NCBI GenBank assembly: GCA_964016885.1
Contig: OZ024743.1
Coordinates: 118,792,001-118,856,000, forward strand
Length of the DNA: 64,000 bases
Source of the DNA: Eledone cirrhosa
Taxonomy: Eukaryota
Direction of reading: 5' to 3'
The position numbers and the translations under genes were made by a program. Positions 14,348 through 28,500 of the stretch are shown in pieces (within the stretch, counting starts at the first letter, position 1; each line of letters starts with the position of its first letter). The notes under the pieces are model-generated. The model had not been told where the DNA came from and searched no databases. It saw only the letters and a list, made by a program, of their open reading frames with translations.

Positions 14348-16113
14348 ACTACAGGTACAGAAAATAGCCTAATTATGAACCCTCAAACTAATGACCATTT
14401 TTTTTACCGTTATGGAGGATCATATGCCCAAATATTAAATTATTTTCTGTAATCAATTTGCGGTAAAAGAGTGATTTTAGCTCCCTAAGGAACGTGATTT
14501 GTGCTGTCGTGCTTCGGAGATATGTTTCCTAGAAATTTATGGGCTCTGATTTAAAAAATGAAATCCCTTTTGCTCTATAACGTCAAGGGTTTTCACAAAC
14601 CCAAATGTCCATTTTTCAGCATTCATGTATTGTCACTACGGATAGATTCGGTTTCATCAGCTTGTCATAACTTTTTGAAAACAGTTTTTCAATGCCATTT
14701 AAAGTAAATGAAACTACAAAACTGAAAACAATATTTATAATATAAGTATCTCCAGTAAATAAAAAGCATCAAACTTGAGTAACTTTCATTATTTTCAATC
14801 TAACCAGTTTTAAATGATATGATTATGAGATAAACATATTTTAGACAATCAGATGTTAATAAACAACATATTTTTGGGGTTCTTGGCCTATCATATATCT
14901 CTCATATTTGTGGAATATGCTGTTTTTGTCTGCAGAAACACCGCGACTCTGCTTGATTTAGTGTGACTATCATTGCAAAGTAGGTGAGACATGTTTGTTA
15001 AACATTTATCTATTTTTTATGAAAATCGGTATTTTGAATGCAATTGTGAGGTCACGTGGTTCAAGATCACTTTAACATTCTGTAACACTAAAAGAAAACT
15101 ACGACTAAATGAAAATAGTGCTTGAAAAGATGCGGTATGGGGAGCACAACTAGACTATATGTAGGGAATTGAAATTCATTGAATTGCTTCTTGGATTACA
15201 AGTATTCTTGCGTTTTGTGTCTTTGGGACAGTCCAGCAAAAAGTTGACATTTGATACGAAACATGACCAGACAAAAGGAAATTAAAAATTTGAGAGAAGA
15301 ATTCTATAAACAGGCTACTGGTTAATAAAACCATATCTGGTGATGCAAGATGGTGACTGTTTCAAATACATATGTAGAATGTTTTTAGCGTTGTCGTTTG
15401 AGAAAATTAAGGCTGGTGTGTTCGGCGGGTCACAGATTAGGCGGCTACTGCACGACGATCAGTTTTTACAGATGATATCTGGCGTTGAAAAATAAGCATG
15501 GAATGCTTTCATTGCGGTTGTGTTTGATTTCCTGAGAAATAAGAATTCATCAAATTATTAAGAGGTTGTGCAGATCCTGTTAATCAGTTTTCGAGCATTG
15601 GGCTGCAACATGTGTGTAAAAGTACATTTCCTGCACACTCATCTAGACTTCTCTAAAAATCTTGATGTAATGAATGATGAGCAAGGAGAAAGTTTTCACC
15701 AAGACAACACGACCATGGAGTCTAGTTATCAAGTGGGACACAGACCTGATGCCTGTGTACTGCTAGAACCTGTCGTAATGCAAATTAATCACGTAAATCA
15801 GCAAAGAGAAAGTTCACTTCTTAAGTATCTGGGACTCCAGTTTGACGGAAATGCCTATCCTAAGATGTGTAATTAAACATTTTGTGTAATGTATTTCTTT
15901 AACAACAATAAGTACTAATTTATTTGTGTTCGTTTCTCATTTAGTTATTGCATTTAATGGCGAAATTGACATTTGTTTTTGGTAAATAATGAAATCCTGT
16001 TTAACAAAAGATTTCACGTGATAAAATATTTCAAAGATTTAACACCATCAGATTAGGTAGGAACAATTGTAAAACAAAAGATAACTAAAACATTTTTTGA
16101 GAATGTTCCTGTA
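14348..16113 (+). mobile_element. Decayed DNA transposon, Chapaev3 (CMC)-like transposase relic; coding remnants ~15110-15790
   Basis: Translations: YGEHN*TICRELK..LLLGLQ..CLWDS, LSFEKIKAGVFGGSQIRRLL..E.*AWNAF, LGCNMCVKVHFLHTHLDF..DEQGESFHQD..ME. Possible short TIRs tacaggtaca / tgttcctgta; ends uncertain. Confidence 0.75.
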
Positions 16114-16211
16114 CTATTACACAAAATGTTTAATTACACATCTTAGGATAGGCACTTCTTCGAGTATATGTGTGTGTGTCCCCACTCACATATAACTATA
16201 TATATGTGTGC

Positions 16212-16277
<66 letters not shown>

Positions 16278-16642
16278 GAAAACACAGGTAAGTATTAAGA
16301 GAATGATTTTATCCAGGTCTCTTTTATACTTTATACTCCAAGATTGAACGGAATTCTTACAAACTTGTGGAGTTACCCCTAACCGTACGTTGAAACCATC
16401 CATGAAACTGGCTTTCTTAACCACGAACTGGATCACAAAAAGCAATTTTCTGCTTCCCTAACTATATATATATATATAAATGTATATATATATATATGTA
16501 TATATATATATGTATGTATATATATATATATGTGTGTATATATATATATGTATATATATATGTATATATATATATGTATGTATATATATATATATATGTT
16601 TATATATATATATGTATATATATATGTATATATATATGTATA

Positions 16643-16699
<57 letters not shown>

Positions 16700-16705
16700 A
16701 TATAT

Positions 16706-17423
16706 AGGTGGCGACAGCATGTAGACGATTCGCTGGCTGGATCTTGAGGACTTTCCTTACAAGAGATCGAGACACCATGTTGACACTGTGGAGGACTTTT
16801 GTCCTAAGCCGCCTGGACTACTGCTCCCAGCTGTGGTCACCCCATAGTGTCAAACTAACCACAGAGCTTGAGGCAATCCAGCGAAGCTACACCAAGAGGA
16901 TTGCCAAGATGAGGGAGACAAGCTACTGGGAGAGGCTGAAGGAACTGAACCTCTACTCCTTGGAGCGAAGACGGGAGAGATACGCAGTGATCTACATGTG
17001 GAAAATCCTGGAGGGACTAGCACCAAACTTTGGCATTGGGAGCTGGACCAACCGTCGAACAGGACGTCACTGTGTGGTGCCAAAGGTCCCGTCTTCCACA
17101 TCTAGAATAAGGAGCAGGTATTGCAATAGCCTGGGATTCAAGGGCCCTCAACTCTTCAACAGGCTGCCGAGGCATCTGCGAGACTTGCATGACGTGGAGG
17201 TGGATGTCTTTAAGAAACATCTCGACACCTTGTTATCCAGGATCCCGGATGAGCCCACAGCAAGACACGAGGGAAACCTAAGGGCAGCAGCAACAAACTC
17301 CCTCCTACACCAGTGGCCAACCTATACAGGCTGGAGATAAAATGTGTAGCAACAAGGGCGGTGCCCCAGCATGGCCTCAGCCGGATGGCTGAAACAGGTA
17401 AAAGAGTAAAAGAGTAAAAGAGT
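16706..17423 (+). mobile_element. 5'-truncated CR1/L2-group LINE inserted in (TA)n; ORF2 C-terminus 16708-17340
   Basis: [36 protein letters not shown]. 3' stem-loop tcagcc-ggat-ggctga (17377-17392) and (GTAAAAGA)3 tail. Confidence 0.9.
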
Positions 17424-17814
17424 ATATATATATATATATATATATATATGAAGGATAGCATATTATATGGAAGTAATTCTGGTATTGTATAATTCTTTGT
17501 TCATTTCGGTATTCTGTCTTCTAACATTACATATAATCTCATCACTATTACCAGCATCACAATCACCATAACCACCAACACCATCACCATCACAAACAAC
17601 ACCAACACCAACACAATATCTACTATCATCGGTAGTAGTATTGCTGCTACTCCTGCTGCTGAAGCTATTCCATTGAATTGCTTCTACACATGCTAATACA
17701 TTATTTACCGTTAATGCTTTCATTACTGTAAATCATTTAATTAACTAATTAATTAACTAATTTACTAATTAATTATGTAATTACTATGATTATATTTATT
17801 TGTAATATAACAGT

Positions 17815-17822
17815 ATTAGTAT

Positions 17823-17880
<58 letters not shown>

Positions 17881-17911
17881 GGTGGTGGTGGTGGTGGTGG
17901 TGGTGGTGGTG

Positions 17912-17974
<63 letters not shown>

Positions 17975-18001
17975 AATAATAATAATAACAATAATAATAA
18001 T
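17815..18001. repeat. Compound (TAG)n-(TGG)n-(TAG)n-(AAT)n trinucleotide microsatellite
   Basis: Directly visible. Confidence 0.97.
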
Positions 18002-18100
18002 GATACTTTCTTTATTGTCCCCCAAGGGCTAAGATGTTGGGCTCAGTACAAAGACGAAATACAAAAAGAAATGAAAGACACGAAACAATGGGTGATTCAG
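18002..18100 (-). mobile_element. Short 3'-terminal Tx1-like LINE fragment with (ATT)n tail
   Basis: Minus strand cccttgggggacaataaagaaagtatcattatt resembles the Tx1 end cccttgtggttaataaagaaatcattatt. Confidence 0.5.
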
Positions 18101-18429
18101 ATCGTGTAACATCTACAAGGACAAAGGCAATAAAGATACATTAATCATCAATGCAAGGAGGTTGAACGATTTCATTATTCTGCGCTCATCTTAAACTAGT
18201 CACGTTTACAGGCGACCCCCAAATCACCATATTTGCAGAGTTTATTCTGATATCAAAATGTCCCCTTTTAGTATAACCATTGAAGTTGATCTACAATTTC
18301 TTCGCCAACACGTAAAATCGTTCCTACGTCATCGTCGCTTATACGCGTTACTAGTGTGAGTCAACAAAAATGGCCAACAAGTAGGATATAGTTAAAAAAA
18401 AAAAAAATATGCCATGTTAAAACGATGAC

Positions 18430-18948
18430 AAGAGATATCCTTACATGGCCAATACCTCTAAAATATAAATAGAAAGGAAGTAGACAATGAAAACACACAA
18501 AAACTGGCTCCGAAGCACTGGACTAAAGACTGAGACAGAAGGATATCTAATTGCAGCACAAGACCAAACATACCCACCAGAAAGTAAAAGAAGAGCATAA
18601 TGAATCAAAGCACAATAAGTAACTGAAGAATATGTGGAGATAGGGAAGAAACAATCAAGCACATTGTTTATGAATGCCCAGCTCTAGCCAAAAGGTAATA
18701 TATCCACAGGCAAAATAACGTTGGGAGCGTCATACACTGGAAGTTATGCCAGCATTTTGAAATACCAACAGAACAAAGATGGGACAAACAAACACGAGAA
18801 AAGTGTCAGAGAATAACAAAGCAACTATTTTCTGGGATATGCCAATACATACAGACAGAGAGTCCAAAGCCAACCAATCAGATTTTATAGTCAAAGACCA
18901 CAAAGAAAATAATGCCTTCTAATAGATGTATCAATCCCCACAGACGAC
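18430..18948 (+). pseudogene. Old R4/Dong-type RLE LINE fragment (CCHC and RLE region)
   Basis: LHGQY, WLRSTGLKTETEGYLIAAQDQ, ICGDREETIKHIVYECPALA, IHWKLC, IFWDMPIHTD..DFIVKD..LIDVSIP; homologous to the 39.7-40.4 kb ORF; frameshifted. Confidence 0.85.
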
Positions 18949-18949
18949 A

Positions 18950-20922
18950 TAAAAATCGAGTATAAAATAGTAAAACAATAATAATAAACAAGAAAAATAC
19001 AACAATGAAAATTCCCCAATAGGGGTGTTAACCACCCAGGGATGATTCAGGGACCCTATCAATCTTGAACCATCCGACGCTTTGAGGGCACCCGGAGGGC
19101 ACCCATCTCATCCTTAAATTCACCAGCATACAGGCGCATGATCACTCACAGGGACCATTCTCACCACATTCACCCACCTTTCAGCAAATGTACTGGGAGG
19201 GGGGCACTTCTCTCTCCATCCTCACCTTTCTTTCCAAATGAAATTTGAAAATGTTGATGAGGGATTGGCCGAAGGGAAAAGTGTCTGTCTTCAGTCAATT
19301 CAACCTGGTCCACTAAACACTCTCTTTCGCTACTGCCACCAGACAGAGGAAAATTGTCTGTCCTTCCTGGCCAAAAGAAGGCGGTGGGTCGATCTTTACT
19401 ATGGACTCGGCCGATAGCCGGATCCGTTTTACACGCGACAACAGCTGTTCGACATAACTCCACAAGTTAGTAATGCACGCACACTGGACGAATGCGTGCA
19501 GAATGGTTTCGCCGTTCTGCGTCCATCCCGGGAAGGTCCGTATGACAGCACTTCCGTGCCTGTAGAGTTTATCTCGAACCGACAGTGTCCCCCGGTAGCA
19601 CTGCCAAGCGAGGGATTTCTGGAAGTTATCCATCGACCCCGGCACGAAAGTTCTCCTGAATAGACTGGTCAGTTAGACTTTGTCGACGCCCAGAGCCTCG
19701 CCGCGTATGGCGTCGCATTTGCCCACAACTAATCCTCTATAGAACTCGAGAGTGGAAGTTCCACTGATCGCATTGGCCGCCTGGTAGAGGGCAGCGAGTG
19801 CCTGGCAACATTCCAGATGCCTGTCAGCCAGTCTCGGTCTCTTCTTGATCCAGGACTGCTGCCCAGTCAAAGAGATGAGCTGCGGAATGGCCCGTCTGAC
19901 AAACGGTGACCACACCTGTTCACCGTTTAGGCAGAATATCTGGAGATGCCGCAGTCTCAGCGTATGTCTGTGCATCATTAGTCACAGCATTCCCAGCCCT
20001 CCGTGTAGAGGGTGCTGGCAGTAAATGGACCGCCTCACCAACGAAACCTGTCCCTCCCATAAGAAATTGAGTAGGAGCCGTCCCAACTTGGTGAGGCGTG
20101 GACGGCGGCAGGCATGACGGTTAGGCGATGGTAGATGTCGGACGCAATGTACGCATTCGCCACATCCACCCGACCTTTCAGTGACAGGTTCCTCGCAGCA
20201 TGTTTTGGGGTGAGACTGACTACCCTGATCACCATCTCATCCCAAATCTTATCCACCGGGAGGTCTGGTCCGAACTAAACCCCTAGCAGCTTTACCGGTC
20301 CGTCCGTCCAGCGCCCGACGACGCTGTTGGACGGCATGCACTTGTCTCTCCAGGTACCAAGCTGCAAGCCCACCGACTTTTCATATTTCTCCAATAAGGT
20401 GCCGACCACCTAGATTTCCGAGGTGTCCGACACCATCACGGTGATGTCGTCCGCAGAAGCCGACACAGCCTTTCCGCTGTTCGAGCGGGATGCACTGCAA
20501 CCGCTCCAGATTCCGCAGTAAAGACTTGAGAGTCAATACGTACAGACGGCAAGAGAGAGGGCACCCTTGACGTTCCGTATGGGAGATCTGAAATGGTTCT
20601 GAGAGATGGCCATTAACTTTGACCACCGAGCAGATGCCGCTGTGCATTGCAGTGATCCAGCTTCTGAAGACGGGACCGAAGCCAGTTGATCCTGTCGAAT
20701 GCTTTCGATTTGAGCTAAATTGATCAGAGCCCCACCGAAGCTAGGTTTACACCCTACCTACTCTATGATGTATCACACAAGGTGTAGGTTGTCGTGTATG
20801 GACCTGGTCGGGATTGCGCAAGTTTGCACCTCCCAACCAAATCCTTGACGACAAGCGCCAACCTCTTCACTAACACCTTGGCCAAAATCTTAAACTCTGT
20901 GTTGAGCAGAGTTCTGGGTCTG
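18950..20922 (-). mobile_element. L1/Tx1-clade LINE copy A1 (5'-truncated; RT to 3'UTR), decayed
   Basis: Fragments LLNTEFKILAKVLVKRL, RQGCPLS..LYVLTL, NFQKSLAWQCYRG. 3'UTR matches the reverse complement of ~38990-39190. Confidence 0.92.
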
Positions 20923-20924
20923 AA

Positions 20925-23900
20925 AACAACAATAAAATAATAACAAATTACATTACCCGATAGGAGGAGTACTACCCAGTGGCGACTCATGTACCTCACC
21001 AATCCTGAACCACCCGACGATTCGTGGGCACCATGGAAAGGCACGTCTCTCCTCCATGCCAGTAGAGATTATCTCGAACTAGCAGTGAGCCCGCTAACAC
21101 TGCCAAGCGACAGATTTCTGGAAGTTATCCATAGTCCCCGGCTTGAATGCCCTCCGGAACATACTGTTCAGTTCCACTTCGTTGAAGCCCAGAGCCTCTC
21201 CGAGTGCATCATCGCACTTGCCTATCAGTAATACTCTATAGAACTTGAGAGTGCGGGTTCAGCTGACCACATTACCCGCCTGTTGGAGGACAGTGAACGC
21301 CTGGCAACATTCCAGATACCAGACATCCAGTCTCGTTCACTTCTTTACCCAAGACTGCAGTTCAGTCAAAGACACAAGCTGCGGAAAGGTCTGACTCACA
21401 AACGGTGACCACACATGTTCCCCTACAAAATCCTTGACGACAAATACCAACCTCATCGCAAGCACCTTCGCTAAAGTCTTAAACTCTGTGTTTAGTAGAG
21501 TTATGGGCTTGAAGTATCAAATGTATGCCTCTTGTTCTCGTCTTTCATTATCAACGTCACTACGCCCCGGCTCACAGAACTGGGAATACTCCTTTTGAGG
21601 TAGGGACTGAAGTCCGCTACCGACTCCGGCCCGCCACTCCCACTGAACAACCAAGCAAAGTGCTGGCGAAAGGCCTCACAAATCTGCCTGTAATCGCTCA
21701 GCTTGTGTCCGTCTCGGTCCATCAAATACCGAATTGTCGATGTATTACCACGCTGCGCCTCTACCACGTGGGACCATCGAACAGCTTTGGTTCCCTCATT
21801 TCTCAGAGCACGCGCTTCAGCTCTGACAAATCAACCTTCGTGTTTCGCATTGAAGAAATCGTCCAATGCTATTCCGCCGCTAGCACGTCAGTTGCAATTC
21901 CACTACTAATAGTCTCGTCTAACCTAGCTACTAGCTCCCCCTCCTTTCTATTTTTCTCTAACGCTATTGATATTACTCTAATCTCTCTTTTGAGAGTCTC
22001 CCAACACCTGTTTTTGACTACCCCCACCTCCCTGTCAAATTTTGCTTAACTAAATTGTTGACCCGGTCCCTGTAAGCCTTACGTGTCGGAAATGACACGT
22101 TCAGCTTCTAGTAACCAGCTCCTAACTTACGCGTCTTATATAGGTCTACCATAGAGATAATCTAAATTAGCGACCGTTTTAAAACGTGAAGAGCCTACAC
22201 TATATCTATCTATTTTCCTATTGAAAATTCTGTCTATATACGATCTAGATAACCCTATGCAGTTGGTCCAGGTCCACACAGGCGCATTAGGGAAATCTAG
22301 ACGGTACCTATCAAACAGTTGGAACTGGCTGATCAGGTACTTGAGGCTTTTGCACCCCACGTTCCTGTAAGCCTCTCCCACAAAATCCCAGCACGCGTCT
22401 AAGTTGCCGTTCCAGTCCCCTTCAACAGTAAAAGGCGAGACGTACACAGAAAGGCTTCCAGGCGCCTACAGACGTCTGACTGCAATTAAATCCATATCTA
22501 GAGACCTGATGTCATTGGGAAGGCGACCCTGCTTCCAGGGCGGCCCCAGGTCTCGAACGTTTAAACTTACTACTCTTAATATGGTCTTTCTGGCAGGCTA
22601 AAAGAGAGAGGAAAGGTTACCTACCTCCCGGGGTCTTGTGGAGGTTGGGCGGTTCGACCTCCATAGTTGGTGTTGTTTCTTTTGTGAACCACTTTAAAAA
22701 TTTCGATGTGTGTTTCAGGTTCGGGGTTCCAACGCACCGAGGAAAGCTCTCTCTAATACCTTTATAGGAATCGAGCGACATTCTTACCAGAAACACATCT
22801 TCTGGTACGCGAAATGTGCTCGATCAGAGAATCCTCCTCTCTGTTTCAATTTCTTCACTTCGTGCTACGAGGGCCATCAATTCCATGTTGGCCCTTCTGA
22901 CAAACACAAAGTTTTGTATGTTTTGATGGTGCGGTTTTATTTGTTTGCGTGACCGTGAAGGTGTTGATTTTGTCGGTGTTGTTTCGGTTGTGTCTGTGTT
23001 TGTTGTGGGTATGGTGTCTGTGGTTTCAGATGTTTGTTGTGTTGGTGTTGTTCGGGAAATATTTGCGTGGGTGGTGTCTGCATTTTTATTGTTGGTGTTT
23101 TTGTGTTTTGTTTTTTGTGGAGTTTTTCTTTGTGCGTGTATTTTTTAAATTTTTTTAGGATTTGGGTTGTCCCACATCTTCACTACTGGAAGAGGTGGGA
23201 CAACCCACAGTCTGTGACTGTAAGTGTGTATGTGTCTGTGTGTTTATGTTTTTGTTCATGTGTGTGTATTTTGGTGGGGAGGTGAATGGGAGAGCTTTCC
23301 TCGTTTCCTCCCTGGGTGGCCAACGTTGGTGTTGTTGCTAGTGGTTTTGCACCTCCACAACCACTCATCCCAGGAGCCACCACATGTCAAGTCCTGGTGG
23401 AATCCCGGGAATGTGGACACGAGCTGTTCGTTTTCCCATGTGGGATGGGTACATAATGACCTTGGTGGTCATCGCATGTTTTATAGCGAGAGCTTCTGAC
23501 TTAATCAGCACCGAAATGGTGCTGTATTGTCTGCACCTCACTATGTACTCGGTGTCATCCCTGATGCAGCTCAGTGCGGCTTCAAAATCTGCCTAGGCAA
23601 TTAAAGCCGCCCTCTTAGTCTCTGCTGAAATGCATGTGAAATGCACCGTTCTACGCCCCACTTTTTCAATGGCTTTAAGGGACTGTTCGATGAGTCTCCA
23701 GGCCTGAGCCAACTTTTCATCTATATCCTTGGCTCCATGCTGAAGAATAGCCTCTTTTTGGCTGCTGCTGCAGCGAAAGTGTTTTTTGTTGTTGGTGTTG
23801 TTGGTGCTGTCGTTGTTGTTGTTGTTGTCGTTGTTCTTGTTAGTATTGTTGCTGCTGTAGCTGTTGCAGTTGGTATATATTTGTTCCGCTGTTGTTGTTT

Positions 23901-24391
23901 TCGGTGCAGTTGGTTTTGTTGCTGTTTGTGCTGTTGCTGTTCATGTTCTTGTTGGTGGTGTTAATTTCGTTGTCTTTGTTGTCATTGTTTCTGTTGTCTG
24001 TCTTTTGGTCGTCGCTGTTACTGCTGTGGTTCGTGTTGTCATTTTTGTGTAGGTTAGTGTTCTCACTGTTGCTGTTGTTGTTCATGTTGTTCGTGGTGGT
24101 GTTACTAAATGTGTTTGTGGGATAAATTTTTGTATTCGCCGTATCCCTTCTCTGAACGTTTAAGCCGCTGTCCCACGACAGCAGACTTACAGTTTCGTGG
24201 TGTTCCTCGATATTTTTTTTTTTCACATACTTCAAATATTTCAGCCAAAAGGCCCAAATATTATAGTTTTCCCTTCACAGGGCAAAGTCCAAGGTTTTAT
24301 GTCCCTTTCTCGACAACAAAATTTAACATTAAATGCTTTATGACAGGTAAATAGACTTGCGTTAGCGAGCAAAAAGATGTCCGATCACACC
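20925..24391 (-). mobile_element. L1/Tx1-clade LINE copy A2: both ends retained, multiple internal deletions
   Basis: 5'UTR matches 33544 onward; ORF1, APE (GDWNG, YIDRIF) and 3'UTR pieces are collinear with copy B but show large gaps. Confidence 0.88.
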
Positions 24392-24446
24392 AGTAAACAA
24401 TAATGATAATAATGATGATAATGTTGATGATGATGACGATGATGAT

Positions 24447-25124
24447 GATTTATTTATTCAAACCAGAGTGTTTTCATTAAGAAAGCATTAGGACCATACA
24501 GTACGAAAACATAATATGTGTAGGTGTGCGTCGGTTTTGCGTGTTACAATGTTTAACAATAATTGTTTCTACTTTAGGCACAAGGCCAGCAATTACCCAG
24601 TACATTACTGGTACTTTATTTTATCGACCCCGTAAGGATGAAAGGCCAAGTTAACCTCAGCGGGATTTGAACTCAGACTGTAAAGGGACGTAACTCTATG
24701 CGTCAAAGCATGGCGTCCGTCCCTCTACCAATACTGCCAATCTAACAATAATAACAGAAAAGTAATAACAGAAAATTATAACAATGGGGATTCTTCGTTG
24801 GGGAGGAGTCGTTCGAAGGCTGCGCATAAAAAATAACATAAGAACACGGGTTCCCTAATTTCTAAGGCAAATGCGTTTTCCCACTTGTTTTTCTCCAACC
24901 TAAAGCCGCACAATCAGAGCAGCTATGTTCGCTTCTCTCACCCACCTTTCAACAAACTGGTTTGAAGCCAGCACTTCCCTCTCTACTCTGATATTTATCC
25001 TCAAGTGAAACCTGAAAAAATTAATCATGTCTTCGCCGATGTGAGAAAGAGACAAAAGGTGAAGGCTACTTAAGCTACGCGTGCCGTCTGAGACGCTCTC
25101 TATTTCTGGTTTGTCTTCTCTCAA
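24447..25124 (-). mobile_element. Older Tx1-like LINE 3' fragment interrupted by a SINE
   Basis: NFFRFHLRINIRVEREVLASNQFVERWVRE matches the ORF2 end of copy C; tail ..gaataaataaatc(atc)n. Confidence 0.75.
24559..24742 (-). mobile_element. tRNA-derived SINE, family 1, with probable TSD taacaataa
   Basis: Near full-length match to family 1; taacaataa at 24554-24562 and 24743-24751. Confidence 0.92.
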
Positions 25125-25683
25125 TATTTTTACTCCGTGCTATGATTTTTCGTGCCATTAATTTTTCGTAGGTCCTCCACACTATCTCGAAATTCTGTGT
25201 CATTGTGGATGGTTGTTTTATTGCGAGTGTTTTTTTTTTTTGTGCGTAATTGTGATACTGTTGGTGGTGCTGGTGTTGATATTTCTAGGGATAAAGAAGA
25301 TCGACAACAGAAAAATAAAACCTATTTAAAGTTAGATGAATTAAAACTGTAATGATTTTGGTCTCATCAATGAATGACTAACGCTATCCAGATTTTTTTT
25401 ATTATTTAATTTACTATATTGAGTTTACTGATTAAAAACCTACTAATTACGCTGTTTATGACAGTATACATATATGCAGTATTTTGTACAGAGGGGCGTA
25501 GTGTAGACACAAATCTTCAACATCTTGGGTGGTATTCAGACACCATATTGATTCTGTCATACGCAGCTCTCCCTCAAACATATGGTGTCATGTATACACA
25601 TTAATATAGATGGCCTTTGAAGAAAATTAAACAGGGTATTTCAGTTTAAAATGTTTATAACCTGCTGCTTAATCGTTGTTTCG

Positions 25684-25732
<49 letters not shown>

Positions 25733-26446
25733 TTGTATGTATGTATGTATGTATGTGTATATATATATATATATATATAAACAAAATTTGAGTGAACGGT
25801 GTTCATTTGAAAGTAATAAATTCATTTTCTCTCCGGAATCCCTCGTGTAAAAAGAAAGACACGCTTGGCTAAATTATTAAAGAACTTCCACGAAGTTAAT
25901 ATTGTCAGTAACACGATTTTAACGAGGCCATGCTTTATGCAATCAAAATTTAATATTTCAATGTTTCTTGTTTTCTTCTTCGTCTTTTTCAGAATATAAC
26001 AATTTTAATGAAACCAAATTTCTGATTAGCAATTCATAATCTCAACGGTTTTAATGATGAGGAAAATTAAAATCTAATTTAGAGAGTTTCTGATTCTTCA
26101 TCGTTAATAAAATTTAGATCGTTTTAAAGTCGATATATTTCACCTTTCTCCGACCTTTGAGAATTTGTATGTGTGCGTGCGTGCGGGTGTGAGAGCGTGT
26201 TTCAGCTGCAGTTGTGGCTATTACAGTCGATCATAAAGTCGAAGACAATAATACTGCTGATAATGATCATGATTTTAATAATATACTATTTAATAATATA
26301 CTATTTTTTAGTATATTTTTTAATAATATACTATTTTTTTGTTAGTTGCAGAATTAAGAGGACATCATTATCAATTTGGTGTAAACTGGAGCGGAAACTT
26401 CTTTTACAAAAATTACCCTACTTTTTTTTCGTAATACAAACATACA

Positions 26447-26539
<93 letters not shown>

Positions 26540-26640
26540 TTATATACATACATATAGAGGGTGGCCCAAAGGTTTACACACATTTTAACTCCACATAACT
26601 CATCGAAAGCAGAGTGATGTAGGAAAATATTTGAAGAGTG

Positions 26641-26657
26641 TATATTTCGGGTACACC

Positions 26658-26701
<44 letters not shown>

Positions 26702-26720
26702 GGATGTACCCGAAATATAT
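26641..26720. repeat. Inverted repeat centred on (TA)n
   Basis: atatttcgggtacacccac-(TA)n-gtgggatgtacccgaaatat, one indel between arms. Confidence 0.9.
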
Positions 26721-27007
26721 ATATATATATATGGCTTATGGGTGGCTGGTCCAGTCAGTACTTTGTTCCGGGGCCCAAGATCTAAGAAGGTCCCACAGCA
26801 ACTATGCTACATCCATTTTGAGGAAACATCTTTGCCTGCTTCGGGCCTCAAAGTGGTCTTGTACCGCCTTGGAAAATTTATTTTGGATGTCCTGTATATA
26901 TATATATATATATATAGTAATAATAATAAATTTGAAGACTAAATAATCTGTTATTTTAATAAATATACATATATATATATTTGAAGACTAAATAATCTGT
27001 TATTTTA

Positions 27008-27042
<35 letters not shown>

Positions 27043-28500
27043 TAAAGATGTCTATATTATGAATATATATATATATATTCATAAATGCAGATCTATGAAT
27101 TCCAGTCTTAAATATATATGTATGAAATACTAGCCATCTATAATGCTAATATTAAATTTGAATCTAGAAACCCATACTTGAATGCAATCTTGGAAACTAC
27201 AATTTAAACACCAACCTGAAAATCCTATTTTTTTTAGAAAAATTCATCTAGATATATATTATGCTTTCAATCCTAACTTATTTATTAATAAAAATAAATA
27301 TATTCTCGAGTTTTAATTCTTTTGAGTAAGAAATGTAGAATTTAATTCATTAAGAAAATAACTTGAAAGAAATTATTGATGCCTGAAACATTGATTGTTC
27401 GCAACAGGCTCTCGATGTAAGGCAACAGCATACAAATACAAACATAATACAAGACTTAATGCATATAAAATACGCATTGAAACATGGACAACATTGCAAA
27501 CCGATAGCTGTCGTTTGTAATGAGACCCTGATCATTGTTGATCCAGCAGAACTCGAAACAATATCCTACGAAGTGTGACAATCCTACTTTTTTCACCTAG
27601 TATAGCGGACTAAATTGCAGATCTTGTCCATTTTTAAGATGGAAGTGTGTGGCACGAGAGTGATCTGGCTGCCATTTATAGATTAGCACATTGGTATAGC
27701 TTCCTACGATATTTCGACCATGCAAACCATCAATAACAATACAAATATTTCCACCTTGTCACACAAGAATCTGATAGGGAAAATGCTACTCACAAAATAT
27801 ACATAAAACGTAGGTATTGAGAAGAAAGAAAAACGGGAATGAAAAATAAAAGAATTATAAAAAGATTTAAATAAAGGAACGCACTACGATCTAAGGATCT
27901 TCTGACTACCAAGATCAGTTACCCTCTCTCTATTGGTGCATCTCAGAAGAGATCCATTCTGAAAGGCCATACTCACTGCTTCCACCCTCTTACTAAAATG
28001 TACTGGAATGTAGCATCTACTTTTTTTATAGTAACTTGCCTATGCTGAGCCGAAGAGAAACATTAATCTTGGATTAAATAAATCTTGTTCATGAGGCTAT
28101 TCACACAATTTACACAAATCCACTAGAAACAAACAAACTGTCAGTCGTGCCCAGGAAAACGTAGGCAAGAAGGAGATTCCAAAAATCAACTTGGCTAACA
28201 GCTTTTCGACATAACTGTACATATCGGCAATAATCGGATATTTTACGAGTACATATAGGGCAGTTTGATCGCAGTGCAAATGTCAGATACAACTGGTTGT
28301 CACCACTACCTTGCATGTAAAGTCTATCATAAATTCTTCACGCCCCTCCCCCCTCCAGATAGTACTACCAGATCAAGGAATATTGAAAGTCATCCATATT
28401 CCATAGGATCAATATCGTTTGGAATATACTACGCACATGATACTCATCAACAACCAAGGGTTCCACAATATTAATCACGGCAGCAAAAGTATCACGCTTA

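Noticed and set aside
27460-27570. Minus-strand peptide GLITNDSYRFAMLSMFQC resembling a Ca-channel pore-loop segment
   Set aside because: Short match, no EGW filter motif, stop immediately follows and no other channel exons seen; likely chance.
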